Positions 12,901 through 24,900 of a stretch of 64,000 bases of DNA are shown piece after piece. The number at the start of each line of letters is the position of its first letter. Positions within the stretch are counted from its first letter, which is position 1. Origin of the DNA: Narcine bancroftii. Its lineage: Eukaryota. The position numbers were made by a program, and so were the translations under genes. Under the pieces are notes generated by a model. That model was given only the letters and a program-made list of their open reading frames with translations. It was not told the DNA's origin and searched no databases. The DNA lies in the NCBI RefSeq assembly GCF_036971445.1, contig NC_091471.1, forward strand, positions 241,676,001 through 241,740,000. The letters are read 5' to 3'.

Positions 12901-15900
12901 CCATCTACGTTTCCTGCTACCCAGCAAGGATGGCCAACATGCTGAAGGGCTATCACACTCTGGACGCACTCGCTTTTTCTTCCTCCCATTAGGAAGAAGG
13001 CTTGTGTGAAATTGTGCACAGCAGCCACTTAAGAGCACTTTCGTCACTGCAGCCATTAAGCTCTTGGCTGAACTCCACAACAGTGCTCTAATACTGCCTT
13101 TGTATTTTAAATTGATTTTCTGTTGTAACTCTATTCATACTTGTGCTCTAGGCTTTTTACAGGGCAAGGTGAAATTTAGAGTTGACCTGTGAGAGTGCTA
13201 GTGGAAGAACCTTTATCAATGTAACAGATTTGACTGGAGCAGTCTCTACCTAAAAGAGTTGTCCTGAATGTTAGGTTATATTCTTGCCACACAATTATTT
13301 TTTTCTGACCTCTCAATTTTTTTGAGAGCTCCTTACAAGGCTGTCTTTGGCCATTCCCACTTTTCATAAGAGCCTTTGTGAAATATTATACCTTATATTG
13401 GGGCATTTACAGTTTCTGACGTGAGCATTACCCAAACCTGAGTGGTCACATGGAAGCTGGGAATGCTCAGCTGGTCAGATACCCTCTATAGAAGGGGGAA
13501 ATTTTAAGTTGATGCACAGATGTAAAAGGGCATTCAGCCCCAGCATCCAAGGCAGAGAAATCCCACCACTCGTAGCCCTGTAACAGTCAAAGATTCCAAC
13601 TAATTTCCCCTTTTGAATCTTTTTGATGAAGGACAATTTGTAGTGACTTGTTTACCACCATATGTTTGGGAGGAATAGGTAGCAGTTAACTAACAGCGTA
13701 GTGGTTAATGCAGTTAATTTGGGTGTGATTGGGCAGCACAGGTTTAAATGGCTCAAATCAGTTTCCACTGTCCTGTAAATAAAATCTAAAATTTGAAGGC
13801 CAGCATGGTTAGTTGTAGCAGTTAGTGCAACACTGTTATGGTGTCTGCAACCCAGGTTCGAATCCTGCGCTATCTGAAAGGAGTTTGTACATTCTCCCCA
13901 TGTCTGTCTTGGTTTCCCCTGGGTGCTCCAGTTTCCTTCCAACTTTCAAACATACTGGGGTTGTAGGCTAATGTGCGATATTTGGGTGGCACGGATTTAT
14001 GGGCCGAAAGAGTCTTACTGGGCTGAATGTCTTTTTTTTTAATTTAAAAAGCAGGGGTATGAGGCTGAGGCTTTATAAGGCACTATTGAGGCATCGCGTA
14101 ATATAGGGTACTGTTTAAGTAAGGATATGCTGGCATTAGAAAATGTTCAGCAAAGATTCACAAGAATGATTCCTGGAATGAGGGGATTAGCCAATGAGGA
14201 ACATTTGGGAGTTCAAATGAATGAGGGGAGATCTCATAGAAGCAATTAAAATGTTGAAAATCCTGGAGATGTGGAAAAGCAGAGGGAAGATATGTCCCAT
14301 GATACAGGAGTCAAGGACAAGAGGGCACAACTTCAGGACTGAAGGGTGCCCTTTTAAAACAGAGATGCAGAGGAATTAGCCAGAGAGTGGTGAACCTTTG
14401 GAATTTGCTACCATTGGTGGCTGCGGGGGCCAGGTCATTGAGTATATTTAAGGTAGAGATTGATACGTATCCGAATAGTCAGGGTATCAAAGGTTATGGG
14501 GAGAAGGCAGGGAGTGGGGCTGAGTAGGAAAATGGATTGGCTCTTGATTGAATAGCAGAGGACCTGATGGGCTGAGTGGTCTACTTTTGATCCCATAACT
14601 TAAACCTTAGGAATCTTGAACTTCTGAAGTAAACCTATGTGGTCACAGAAGAATATGCAGACTCAATATAGCTTGCGTCCAAGGTCAGGATCTCAGAGGT
14701 GGTGCTGCCACTTTGATGTCTATAATTGTTTCTGTCTTCACAGTGTTTTGTAAGCTTTTTAATTTAAGATTTCCAATATTGCTTTTTGATTATTATCTGG
14801 CATTTAGATATCATAAACTGTAGGAGTAGAATTAGGCCATTTGTGTTTACATGAGAAAACATTACAGTACTTAGTAATGGAGCAAATTCTAGAAATAGTC
14901 ATCAAGATTATTATCTGATTGCACAAGTACAACCCAACCAAACAGGTTTCTCTGGTCTTTCCTGCAAAACATGCAGACACACAACCATTCACAACACACA
15001 TGCAGACAACAATACTGTACATATGAAGGACAAGTACAGATGCTTCCCTACTTATGATGGTCTGGCTTAAGATTTTTCAAAGTTACGATGATTCTAATCC
15101 ATACTTTCATTTTTGAATTCTGATCTGTTCCCATAATTGCAATATGCAGTACGCTAATATCTCGCGATGGTGGATGAAGACTATGTCTGTTAAACATCAA
15201 CATGTGTTGATGATCCTGTCACTTTAGCCTCCCCACCATGCTCACTAACCAGCAATTAATTTTAGTTCAATGATTAATTCTTCAAGACCAGTGTGCTTTC
15301 AGCTGTGCATATTGCTGGAACGCAACTCCATTTTAAGTTGAGGAGCCCCTGTGTTCATATGTGCAAATAAATAAATAATGCTTCGTGAATCCAAGATTCT
15401 CGGATGGTTAGTGTGAACAGTTCTTTTGGTTGTTCAGCAGTCTCACTACCATTGGGAAGAAGCTGTGTTTCAATCTGATGGCACTGGCTCTGATACACTC
15501 AACAGGACAAAGTGAAACAGTCATTGAGCACAGCACAGTTACAAGCCATTCGGCCCACAATGTTGGGCCATCATACCATAAAAAGACAAAACCCTCTATC
15601 AAAAATTGAATATTCCCAGTCAATTTGACAATCTGGCTTCCTCTATTTCATATGCTGTACGTGACCATCGCCAGTGGGCTGATATCGCCTCAAACCGTGC
15701 ATCTTGGCGCCTCACAGTTCGGCGGGCAGCAACCTCCTTTGAAGAAGACCGCAGAGCCCACCTCACTGACAAAAGACAAAGGAGGGAAAACCCAACACCC
15801 AACCAACCAATTTTCCCCTGCAACCGCTGTAACCGTGTCTGCCTGTCCCGCATCGGACTTGTCAGCCACAAACGAGCCTGCAGCTGACGTGGACATTATC

Positions 15901-18900
15901 CCTCCATAAATCTTTGTCCGCGAATTTCATCTATTAGTAATTTGAAATCAACATCACTTGTTGAAGCAGATGTAATGGTCATATAATGCGATTCGGGTTT
16001 CTCCTTAAAATAATTCTAACCAATGAAATAAATAGTATTTGCCAAATTCCCCAGGCAATGTCAATTATGTTAAGGGGACTTCATTAACAATTCCATTATA
16101 CAGGTTAAACCTCTTTAATCCAGCTACTGCCAGACCACAGTAAATGGCAGAAAACAGAAATTGACCCCTAATGGAACGCCCATCTAAGCCTATCAAATGT
16201 AGAACAAAGCTTAAAACAGGAAATAATATTGTGGGGTGACATGGTTAACATAGCAGTTAGTGTAACACCTTTACAGTGCCAGTGATTGGGACTGGGGTTC
16301 AAGTCCTTTACTGTCTGTAAGGAGTTTGTACTAACGGCAGCAGATTCAAAACATGCCAGGACACTGGGAGACAGAGCGCCGGATAATAGAAGTTCAATCT
16401 GCACAAAGTAACCATATATTACAGAGAGAACAAGTGAGAATCCAAAGATTCATCACCCACTACCTATAGAAATTTCTTCTCATTTCAGTCCTATAAGTCC
16501 TCCTCTTATTACTCATGGTCTGTACTTCTCAACATGGCAAACATGCTCACTGTATTTGGCCTGTTGATCACTGTTTTTAAAAAATGTAAGCTTAATTGAG
16601 ATTTTTCTTTCTTTTCAATGTTAGTACTGTCGAGTGTACTTTATCCCATCTCATGGAAAACATTAGATCCTCATTTATAAAATAATAAAGAACAAACTAG
16701 TTTGTCAATTGTGACTGTGCTGGGCTTTTTTTTTGGTTTAGCTGCTCCATTCCATGTGTCTTTCTTGTAACCTGTAATTATTGGGGTATAAGAATTGGGT
16801 TTGACCTTTGTGAAGTGAACCAGTACGGACTTGAAGGGCCGACATGGCCTGTTTCTGTGCTGTAAACGGTTATATGGTTATATGTTTGTGAAACAACTAA
16901 AATCATTCGATGTGTGGGTTTTACGAGCAATCCCAAATAATTTATGTCACGTCGGAGAGTAGTTTTTGAGCATTTCTTTGGTTTATACAGGGCCTCTGAG
17001 TACTCCTGATACATGGGCTTGACGTTTCACTCTTTGAGCAGTCAAGGGCCAGAGATTTCTAGGGTTTTGCATTTTTTTTCAAGGAGCATGTTGAATCTTT
17101 TCTTACGTCAGTCAACTTAGTAATCTCTTCAATGAAAGAGTTTGGAATAATGTCTACATTTTGTGAGTTTAGTGTAGGGTATGCCCAGTGGACTGATTAT
17201 GGGCCTCAGGTTTGGGATTATTAGCCTGGGAGAGGACATTGACCTTGGCTCACTGAACGAATTAATTTGGAAATTTGGCAGGGACTGTAGGTGATGTCTT
17301 CTGTATCGTGAGGTGCTGACTGTAGGTTGTCAGGTTTCCAGAATTATGCAGGAGAGTAGGGATTACCTATGTCCAGTAGACTATGAACTTTGTGGCTTAA
17401 TCCAAGCATCCTTTTCCCTTGATGGCCCAAAGATTATGTGGAGCCTTCAAGTGGTGAATTACCATCTCTGCTGATTCTGGTGGATCTTCAATACTCACTA
17501 GGATGTTGCCTTTCTCATGGCCTTTGATGTATTTGGTGCTCGCAGTAATTTCTTGATGTGTGGAATGTATCAAGTTGTTGAAAACTGGTTATGGGGTGGT
17601 TTTAAATCTCAGACAAAACCCTAAATGGATCATCTAATTGATATTGTTGGTTTAGCATGTTTGCATATACTTCCGTCTTTCCTTGGCAGTCGTGTTTTGA
17701 CTCTGCCGTTAGTGAGGATGCTGCCTTGATGGGCTTATTGCAATATCCTCACCATAACCTAGTTCAAGACCACCAAAGATCTCTGCAGTACTGATTCAGT
17801 CCATTTTTTTGTACTAGGTCCAACAGTGAATATTACTTTTTCCTCTGTGGTAACACTTTAATTGTATCTGTACATTGTACTTGCATAAATGACAATAAGC
17901 TAAAAATTGAAACTTACAAACTATAAACCACCTGCAGGACGAGTTGTACTGCAGATAAATCCGATTTGCTGCTTGTGAGTGCTCTGAGCTCTGTCTATGT
18001 GACGGCTAGCGTGTGTGAACTGAGTTGCAACTTCACCGGGCACTTTATTTTTTGGATATGACAGATTTTTGCACCCGACATGTCTTCTGTGTTCGTTATT
18101 GAACAAGGATTGATCCACTGACTTTGTAGAGTGAGGAACGCAGTCAGCCACAATGTTGCATTTGAGTGGATGTTCCAGCTAGGACTTTTTCCACTCTGAC
18201 ATTTGATTGTAATGTCGAGAGAAATGTCAAGCCAGATTGTGGTGGTGGATACATTTCTGCTCCTTCCTGATGGTCCATGCTGCTTCATGGATGCCCAATT
18301 TTCAACTGTCAAACCTGTTCTGTCGATCTGAGTTGGCACAATTGTAATGCTACATGTTAAGCTTGTTCTTTCAAGAACAACTTCTCATAGGTTCTTTGAG
18401 CTGCTTCAACCGACTTCCAATGACAGCAGCCATCATATATCACTTCCCATTTCTGTGCCACTGTGTGCATTGCATGCTGGGAAATGTAGTTCTTATTTAC
18501 CCACACAACACATCTTTCCCCTTTTTTAAAAAAACACAATTTTATGTCCACATAACAAAAGTATATGTCAGTCTCTTTTCGCCAGTTGCATCTGATGACT
18601 TCTGACTTTAAAAGATTATTCAAGTTAATTGAGGGCATCTGTAAGATTCACCTGAAGTTTTTCCCTGCTCTTTTCCTGTTTATCAGCAAGTTCATGAACA
18701 GTGACCAGTAGCTATTGATTTTGCAGTTCCTCAACATTACAATAGGTCACCAGTGCTGAGAAATCACTTCAGAGGAACAACTTATGTCTACAGAACTAAC
18801 TTCATCTTCATGTAAAATGTGATTTCCTTTCTAGTTCCATGAAAAGCACCCTATTCTGCTGTGACAGTCTGACACTTGCATTTTGTATCTCTGATTTTCC

Positions 18901-21900
18901 CTGTTGAACATGCTTATTCGCCTCAACAGTGCATTTTGTAATTTTAATTTAGCTGATTTATGCACATGTTCACATTCTTCATGCTGGCCTTCAGAAGTGA
19001 GCTTTCATCTCCACTTCTTTCACAATTTCATCCAAATATTTATTCACTCTTATTTTCCTGTTTTGCCAATAGCAATTGATCTTGGGCATCAACATATCCA
19101 TTATGCAATTTTGTGAACTTCATTCCAGGCTTCCCAATCTTGGCCACCGCTGCTGCAGTAGATGACAGCTGCCATTTCTGGTCCTTTAAGCTTTGTAGTT
19201 GAAAGAAGATGGTTTGTATTTTCTAATTCCTTATGAAGAGACTCTTCAAGTTGTTTTCTTAAGAGTTCAGATTCTTGTATTGATGTATTCTTATCCTCTA
19301 ATGCAACCATTCTTACTTTTAGATGCAGCTGAAGTCACTCATTAGAGTCAAACTGAGTCTCTAAATGTCTCAAATGTTCTTCAATGCTGCCACGCCTTTG
19401 TCAGAGCTGCAATTCATTCAGCAAGTTCAGCTTCTATTTGTGATAACGTTTCTGCTCGCTTCGTTGGGCAAGTTCAGATTTTACTTATGATAACGTTTCT
19501 GCTCACTTCATTGGCCAATTCGTTGGGCAAGTTCAGCTTCTACTTGTGATGATGTTTCTGCTCGCTTCATTGTTTGCTGCAGTTTCTGTTCAAGTTCCAG
19601 AGATTCTTATAACAGTCTATTTTTGTCTTCTAGTTGGCATAAGTAGGCATCCTTATTTGCCAACTCGTTTTCCAGTTTGTCGTTCAGGTTGATTCTCTTT
19701 GTACATTAAGGTATTACTTCTCCACTGTAGTTATTCTTCTTTCCATGAGCATTGTGTTCTTATCTTCGATCTGTGAAGCCACCATGAAGACTCTTTTCAC
19801 GAGGTCAAGCTCTTCATATCCTCTCAGACCTAATATTGGCTGTACTCTCCTTTCTACAATCAGTGGCTGTGATTTTAGATGCCACTTTTTGTGTTTGAAA
19901 GTCACCATGCAGACCCCTTTTAAGTGAACATTCTCCCCAGTGTAGCCTGTCACTTTTAATTCCACAGGATAAATGTTGTTTTTTACAGTGAAAATCTTTT
20001 AACCATCCATAGATAACAGATTCACCTGGACTCCGGAGTTGATCTTAAATGGAGTTACTGTCTCATTCACAGTCAGTGGAACAATCCATTCCGTTTTGCC
20101 AACAACAGTCTGTCGTTAATCCGTGAAGAATTCTTCCATCTTTTCATCCACTGTCTATTCCTTTCTCTTGCTATCCCCCTGCTTTGCAGCACTTTGCAAA
20201 ATGATTCTTCTTCCCACATTTATGCTCTGCTTATTTGTTTTCATTGTTGTGTCTAACTTGTGCAGCTCCTTAGCTTGTGCTTGCGTGGTCTCTGCTGCCC
20301 TACACATATTCACAGCCTTTTTCAGAGTCAAATCTTTTTCATGCGACAGTCTTTCTCGAAGTCCATTATCTGCAAACTATTTTGTCTTTAATGTGTGAAT
20401 TTTTCAAATCTCCAAATTCACAGGACTTACTCAGTTGTGAAGCTCAGCTAAGTATTGGTCAACGCTCATACCTTTCTCCTGGTCACAGGAGAAAAACATG
20501 ACTCTTAAACGTGACATTTTTACTTGGAACAAAATACTCCTCAAATTTGTCATCAGAGTGTCCAACGTGAAAGCTGCCTCATCAATTTGAAAATTGTTAC
20601 AGATATCCAAGGCATCTTCACACATAGATGCTTTCCGTTTTCTACCATTTCACCAGCATCTAAATAAATGCTGTTTGAAGCATTTCCAATTATTGGCTAG
20701 GTTGTCAGAAAACTGAATCAGTGCGGGAGGACTTAACTTACAAACTTGTCTTCTCTTACTCACTTAAGACATTTCTGACATCATGTTACGCTTGTTCTTT
20801 CAAGAAGAATGACTTTATGTGGGATTGAAACACAACTGACTTTATTTTCCTTGAGCTGTTTCAACCAATTTCCAACATCCACCCCCATCAGATATCACTT
20901 CCAGTTTCTGCCCAACCACGCGCATTGCATGCTGGGAAATGTAATTCTTATTTCTGCTTTGGCTTGGCTTCGCGGATGAAGATTTATGGAGGGGTAATGT
21001 CCACGTCAGCTGCAGGCTCGTTTGTGGCTGACAAGTCCGATGCGGGACAGGCAGACACGGTTGCAGCGGTTGCAAGGGAAAATTGGTTGGTTGGGGTTGG
21101 GTGTTGGGTTTTTCCTCCTTTGTCTTTTGACAGTGAGGTGGGCTCTGTGGTCTTCTTCAAAGGAGGTTGCTGCCCGCCGAACTGTGAGGCGCCAAGATGC
21201 ACGGTTTGAGGCGATATCAGCCCACTGGCGATGGTCAATGTGGCAGGCACCAAGAGCTTTCTTTAGGCAGTCCTTCTACCTCTTCTTTGGTGCACCTCTG
21301 TCTCGGTGACCAATAACACACTGCACAGAATGATTGAGATTCTATGAAAATGGAACTGTGTTTCCGTAGTCCAGCAGTCAAAGAAACAATGTCTGCCACA
21401 GGTTGGTTGATGTCGTGATCAAGCTAATTGATTAATTAATTAGTTTTCATTTTCTCAATAGATCAAATCAAAACTCCATATTTGCAAGCAGTCTTGACCA
21501 CTTAATAATTTTTAATTGTCATCTGGGAGAAAGTGGTGGGAGCATGTGTACTGCATCTGGTGTGCTGCCTGGATTTTAATTGTCTGCTTTTTAATTCCAA
21601 TGTTCTTTTCCAATACTGAAAATAGCCACATTCTTTTTCTTAATCTTTTAAGATATTTTGCATATCTTTCACTTAACTATTACTGTCTTTTACTGTAGAA
21701 TCTGTACTTTGCAGATTAAATCTGTTTTTTTCATTGTCTTGTGTAGAGATCCTATTTTTTGCCTTCATGCTGAGTGGCAGACGGAAATGAATCTATTGAT
21801 ATGTCTTAACTCCAATACATGCCCCCACACAATATGCTAAGGAATAAGGTTGGCTACTGAAATGGTAAATAGCAATATCACCACTGAATTTAATAATTAA

Positions 21901-24900
21901 TTAGTTTGCTTTGACTGTTTGGTTTCTCTGTGTATAGCTGAATATGAAAATTGAGTGACAAGAATTTCCATACTTTTTCAGAGTCTCATTTCTATAAGGG
22001 TTTGTTGTTGAAGAACTTAGGATTCAGAAACATGAACATTTATAATGTTAGAGTACTTGTCAATTGGCTTATGAAATAGGATTGGAGTTGTCCACTAAAA
22101 TGTAAATGAAATTATGTCATGCTAAATCTTTCACCAAACAACCTTTCATGGCAGTGGTCTTCTTTAAAAAATGTTAAAATTTGAAGATTTTTTTCTAAGA
22201 CCATTCCCTTACACTTCTGATTTAGACTCTTGTTAGTAAGGATGCCTCCTTTTGCTTGCGTGAAGGGACCCATGGTTGCTTGTTCTACTCATTAAAGGTA
22301 CAGGTCCCCTCTGGAGGGTGCCATACTGCTTTGGCTTATTACAAGAGATCAGAGCAGAAACTCGGAGACTTTCGTGGCAAGTATTGTGAATGGTAGGTGC
22401 TGTTTGGCATACAATATTATCCTGACCATGAAGTTTAAATGTTTATACCCATGAACTAACACCACCAAGCAACGGAATCTGATTGGATCGAAGAACCATA
22501 TCCATCATGTATGAAATATGTGCAGTTCAGGTATTCTGATAGTTGTCCTTTTTACTTCTGTCACTTTCCCCTTTCTTTTCTCTTGCTGTGTATCCTCCCT
22601 TTCTTGCCCCTTTTTTCCCTCTTGATATGCTCGTACAAACCATTTTTTGTGGTAGTTGATAAACCAATCATTTCCTATTCTAATGGCCATTCTAATTCTA
22701 ACCACGTTTCTGATGAATGTGAAATCATCAGGCTGCAATACACGATCAGCACATGCTGCCCTTTGTCCTCTATCGCAAATGTTTTCCATTGAGTTGATGT
22801 GGGGCATTAATGTGCACCCTGACCGGTTTTGAGCACAATATCTTTTTGAAATCTTTGGTTTGAGTTCCCAAAAAAAGGAAAATCTGCAGGATCTCTGGTG
22901 TCTAATTACATTCTAATGAAATTATGCCCACCTATTTTAACTATGTATGGTTAACATTACAGTCATCTGGAAGAAGATCTATTTCCCAATAAGAAAACTG
23001 TTTCCCCCATACATTCACTATAAAGGTGTATTTATACATAATTCCTCTCAGCTTCCAATTGTAGATTTACGTTACTGGGCTCAACATGTATCATTTCTGC
23101 CATATCTAAACACGTCAACAGTATTCATTCGACTTTTCTGTAATTTTATTCTTGCTGCATGGTTATCTTCAATATATTTTTAATTATTCATGGCAATGAT
23201 TTTATTGTCATATACAGTAAAACCCCTGTTATCTGGAATTCAAGCAGCCAGCAAAAAAAGTCGCAGAAAATCTACCATTAGTTAGCCAATAACGCAACAT
23301 GTAATTTCAAGCAACCAGAAAATTCTACCATCCACATATGTATAGATGCACCAAAATACTTGCTTGCTACAGTTGAATAGGCACTTAGTTTTAAAAAAAC
23401 TTTTAAAAAGTACAATAACATGGTTAAAAAGAGACAAGAAATGCAAAAAAATACATAATGGTGACAATTAACCAGGTGGGGAAAAAAATGACTTGGCAAT
23501 AGTGCTGAGGGTCCTTTTGTGATGTTGGAGAAGTCCCTGATTAATGTAACAAGGGCCTGATGGCTGTTTGAACGAAACTGTTTTTGAGTACAGAGCTGCT
23601 GACGTTCTGGCTTCTGTACCTTCTGTCTGAAGGTTGTGACCAAAGTGATTGGAGTCCTTTATGCTGCCTTCTTGAGGCAGTGCATCACATAAGTGAACTC
23701 AATGGATGCCTGGAGCCTTCTGTGCTCTTGTTTAATGTGTGATTGCTTATGCAGAGAAGCACAATTTTGTTATTGTGTATACTCCAGTCCACCACCATAC
23801 TAAAGATTTATGTAGCACTGATGTGTAAACCCATACACATGAAGATGACCCAATCATTTTATTTATTGGTTGATCAAGAACAGGTGCTCAGAATATTTGG
23901 ATGAAGGGTATCATCTAGGATATTTGTGGCCACCATGTGGAATAAGTTAAGTTGAAGATCCCAGCCTTACCAATGATTTTCACTTGTTCAGTTTTAAAAT
24001 AAAAGTTACCTGAAGACAGCCTTCAAACATTCATTTGTTAGACTTGTATGAACAATTTAAACAAGGGTCACCTGAGGAAATAATTGGTGTCCCCCCAAAA
24101 CGTTGAGGAATATCCAGTAGAATCTCCATTACCCAGAATTCAATCAACTAGAAACCCAAACAACTGGCAAAAAAAATCGAGGAAATAAATAAAATTGAGA
24201 ATAAATAAAATTTTAAATAAAAATTTTAAATTGTAAAAGCACATATTCTCCGACGCAACACACATCCTTGGAGAAGATGGGAACAAACATTCAGCCAGCG
24301 GAGTGCCCTGGTTGTGAATAAAGTGTTTGAGTAAAATGGTGTCACCTAGGATGAAGAGCTGGCCAATGCTGCTCACCACTGGGGCGACTCTCCCAAAGTG
24401 TCTCCATATCCCAACCTAGAAAGAATCTTTTATCTATTCGTATTAAGTATATTAGTAAGCTTTTATCTGTAATCTTGGGAGAGCGGGTTAATTATGGTGG
24501 TTGTGCGATTAGCATAGCAGCTAGCACAATGCTGTTACAGCGCCAGCATCTGGGGTTCAAATTTAAATTTTATAAGTTATAGGAATTGCTTGATTAAAAT
24601 GAATTACATAATTAAATTCTACAATACTGATTGTATTTTTTTCAAATTATTTTATATTTGGAACTGTCTTTTGTCTTTTAAACTGTGTATTCTGAATGAA
24701 GGTGTATTAGTTAGGCATTGTAACAGTGTCTCAGTCAACCGGAAAATTCGTCTACGCAGCATCCACGATCCCTATAGGTGCTGGATAATGGGGATTCTAC
24801 TGTATTTGGCTTTTTTGTGTGTGAAGGTAGCTGGACTAACCAACTCAATTTTTGTCTGATTCTGTTTTCCTCAGAGTATGGAGAGGATGATTCTTGGAAC

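Larger units (their letters stand above)
18355..21320 (-). mobile_element. Degenerate Ty3/Gypsy LTR element lacking RT and integrase
   Basis: LTRs 18355-18512 and 20784-21320 (TG...CA); 5-bp TSD CTACA/CTGCA; PBS-like TGATGTCAGAA at 20783-20773; PPT AAAAAAGGGGAAAG at 18527-18514; gag ([24 protein letters not shown]) and protease ([14 protein letters not shown]) remnants. Confidence 0.85.

Noticed and set aside
13800-13870. tRNA-like A/B boxes
   Set aside because: SINE heads without a complete cloverleaf, not tRNA genes
16960-18350. Possible old LINE or DNA-transposon remnants
   Set aside because: Too degraded for me to assign a family from sequence alone
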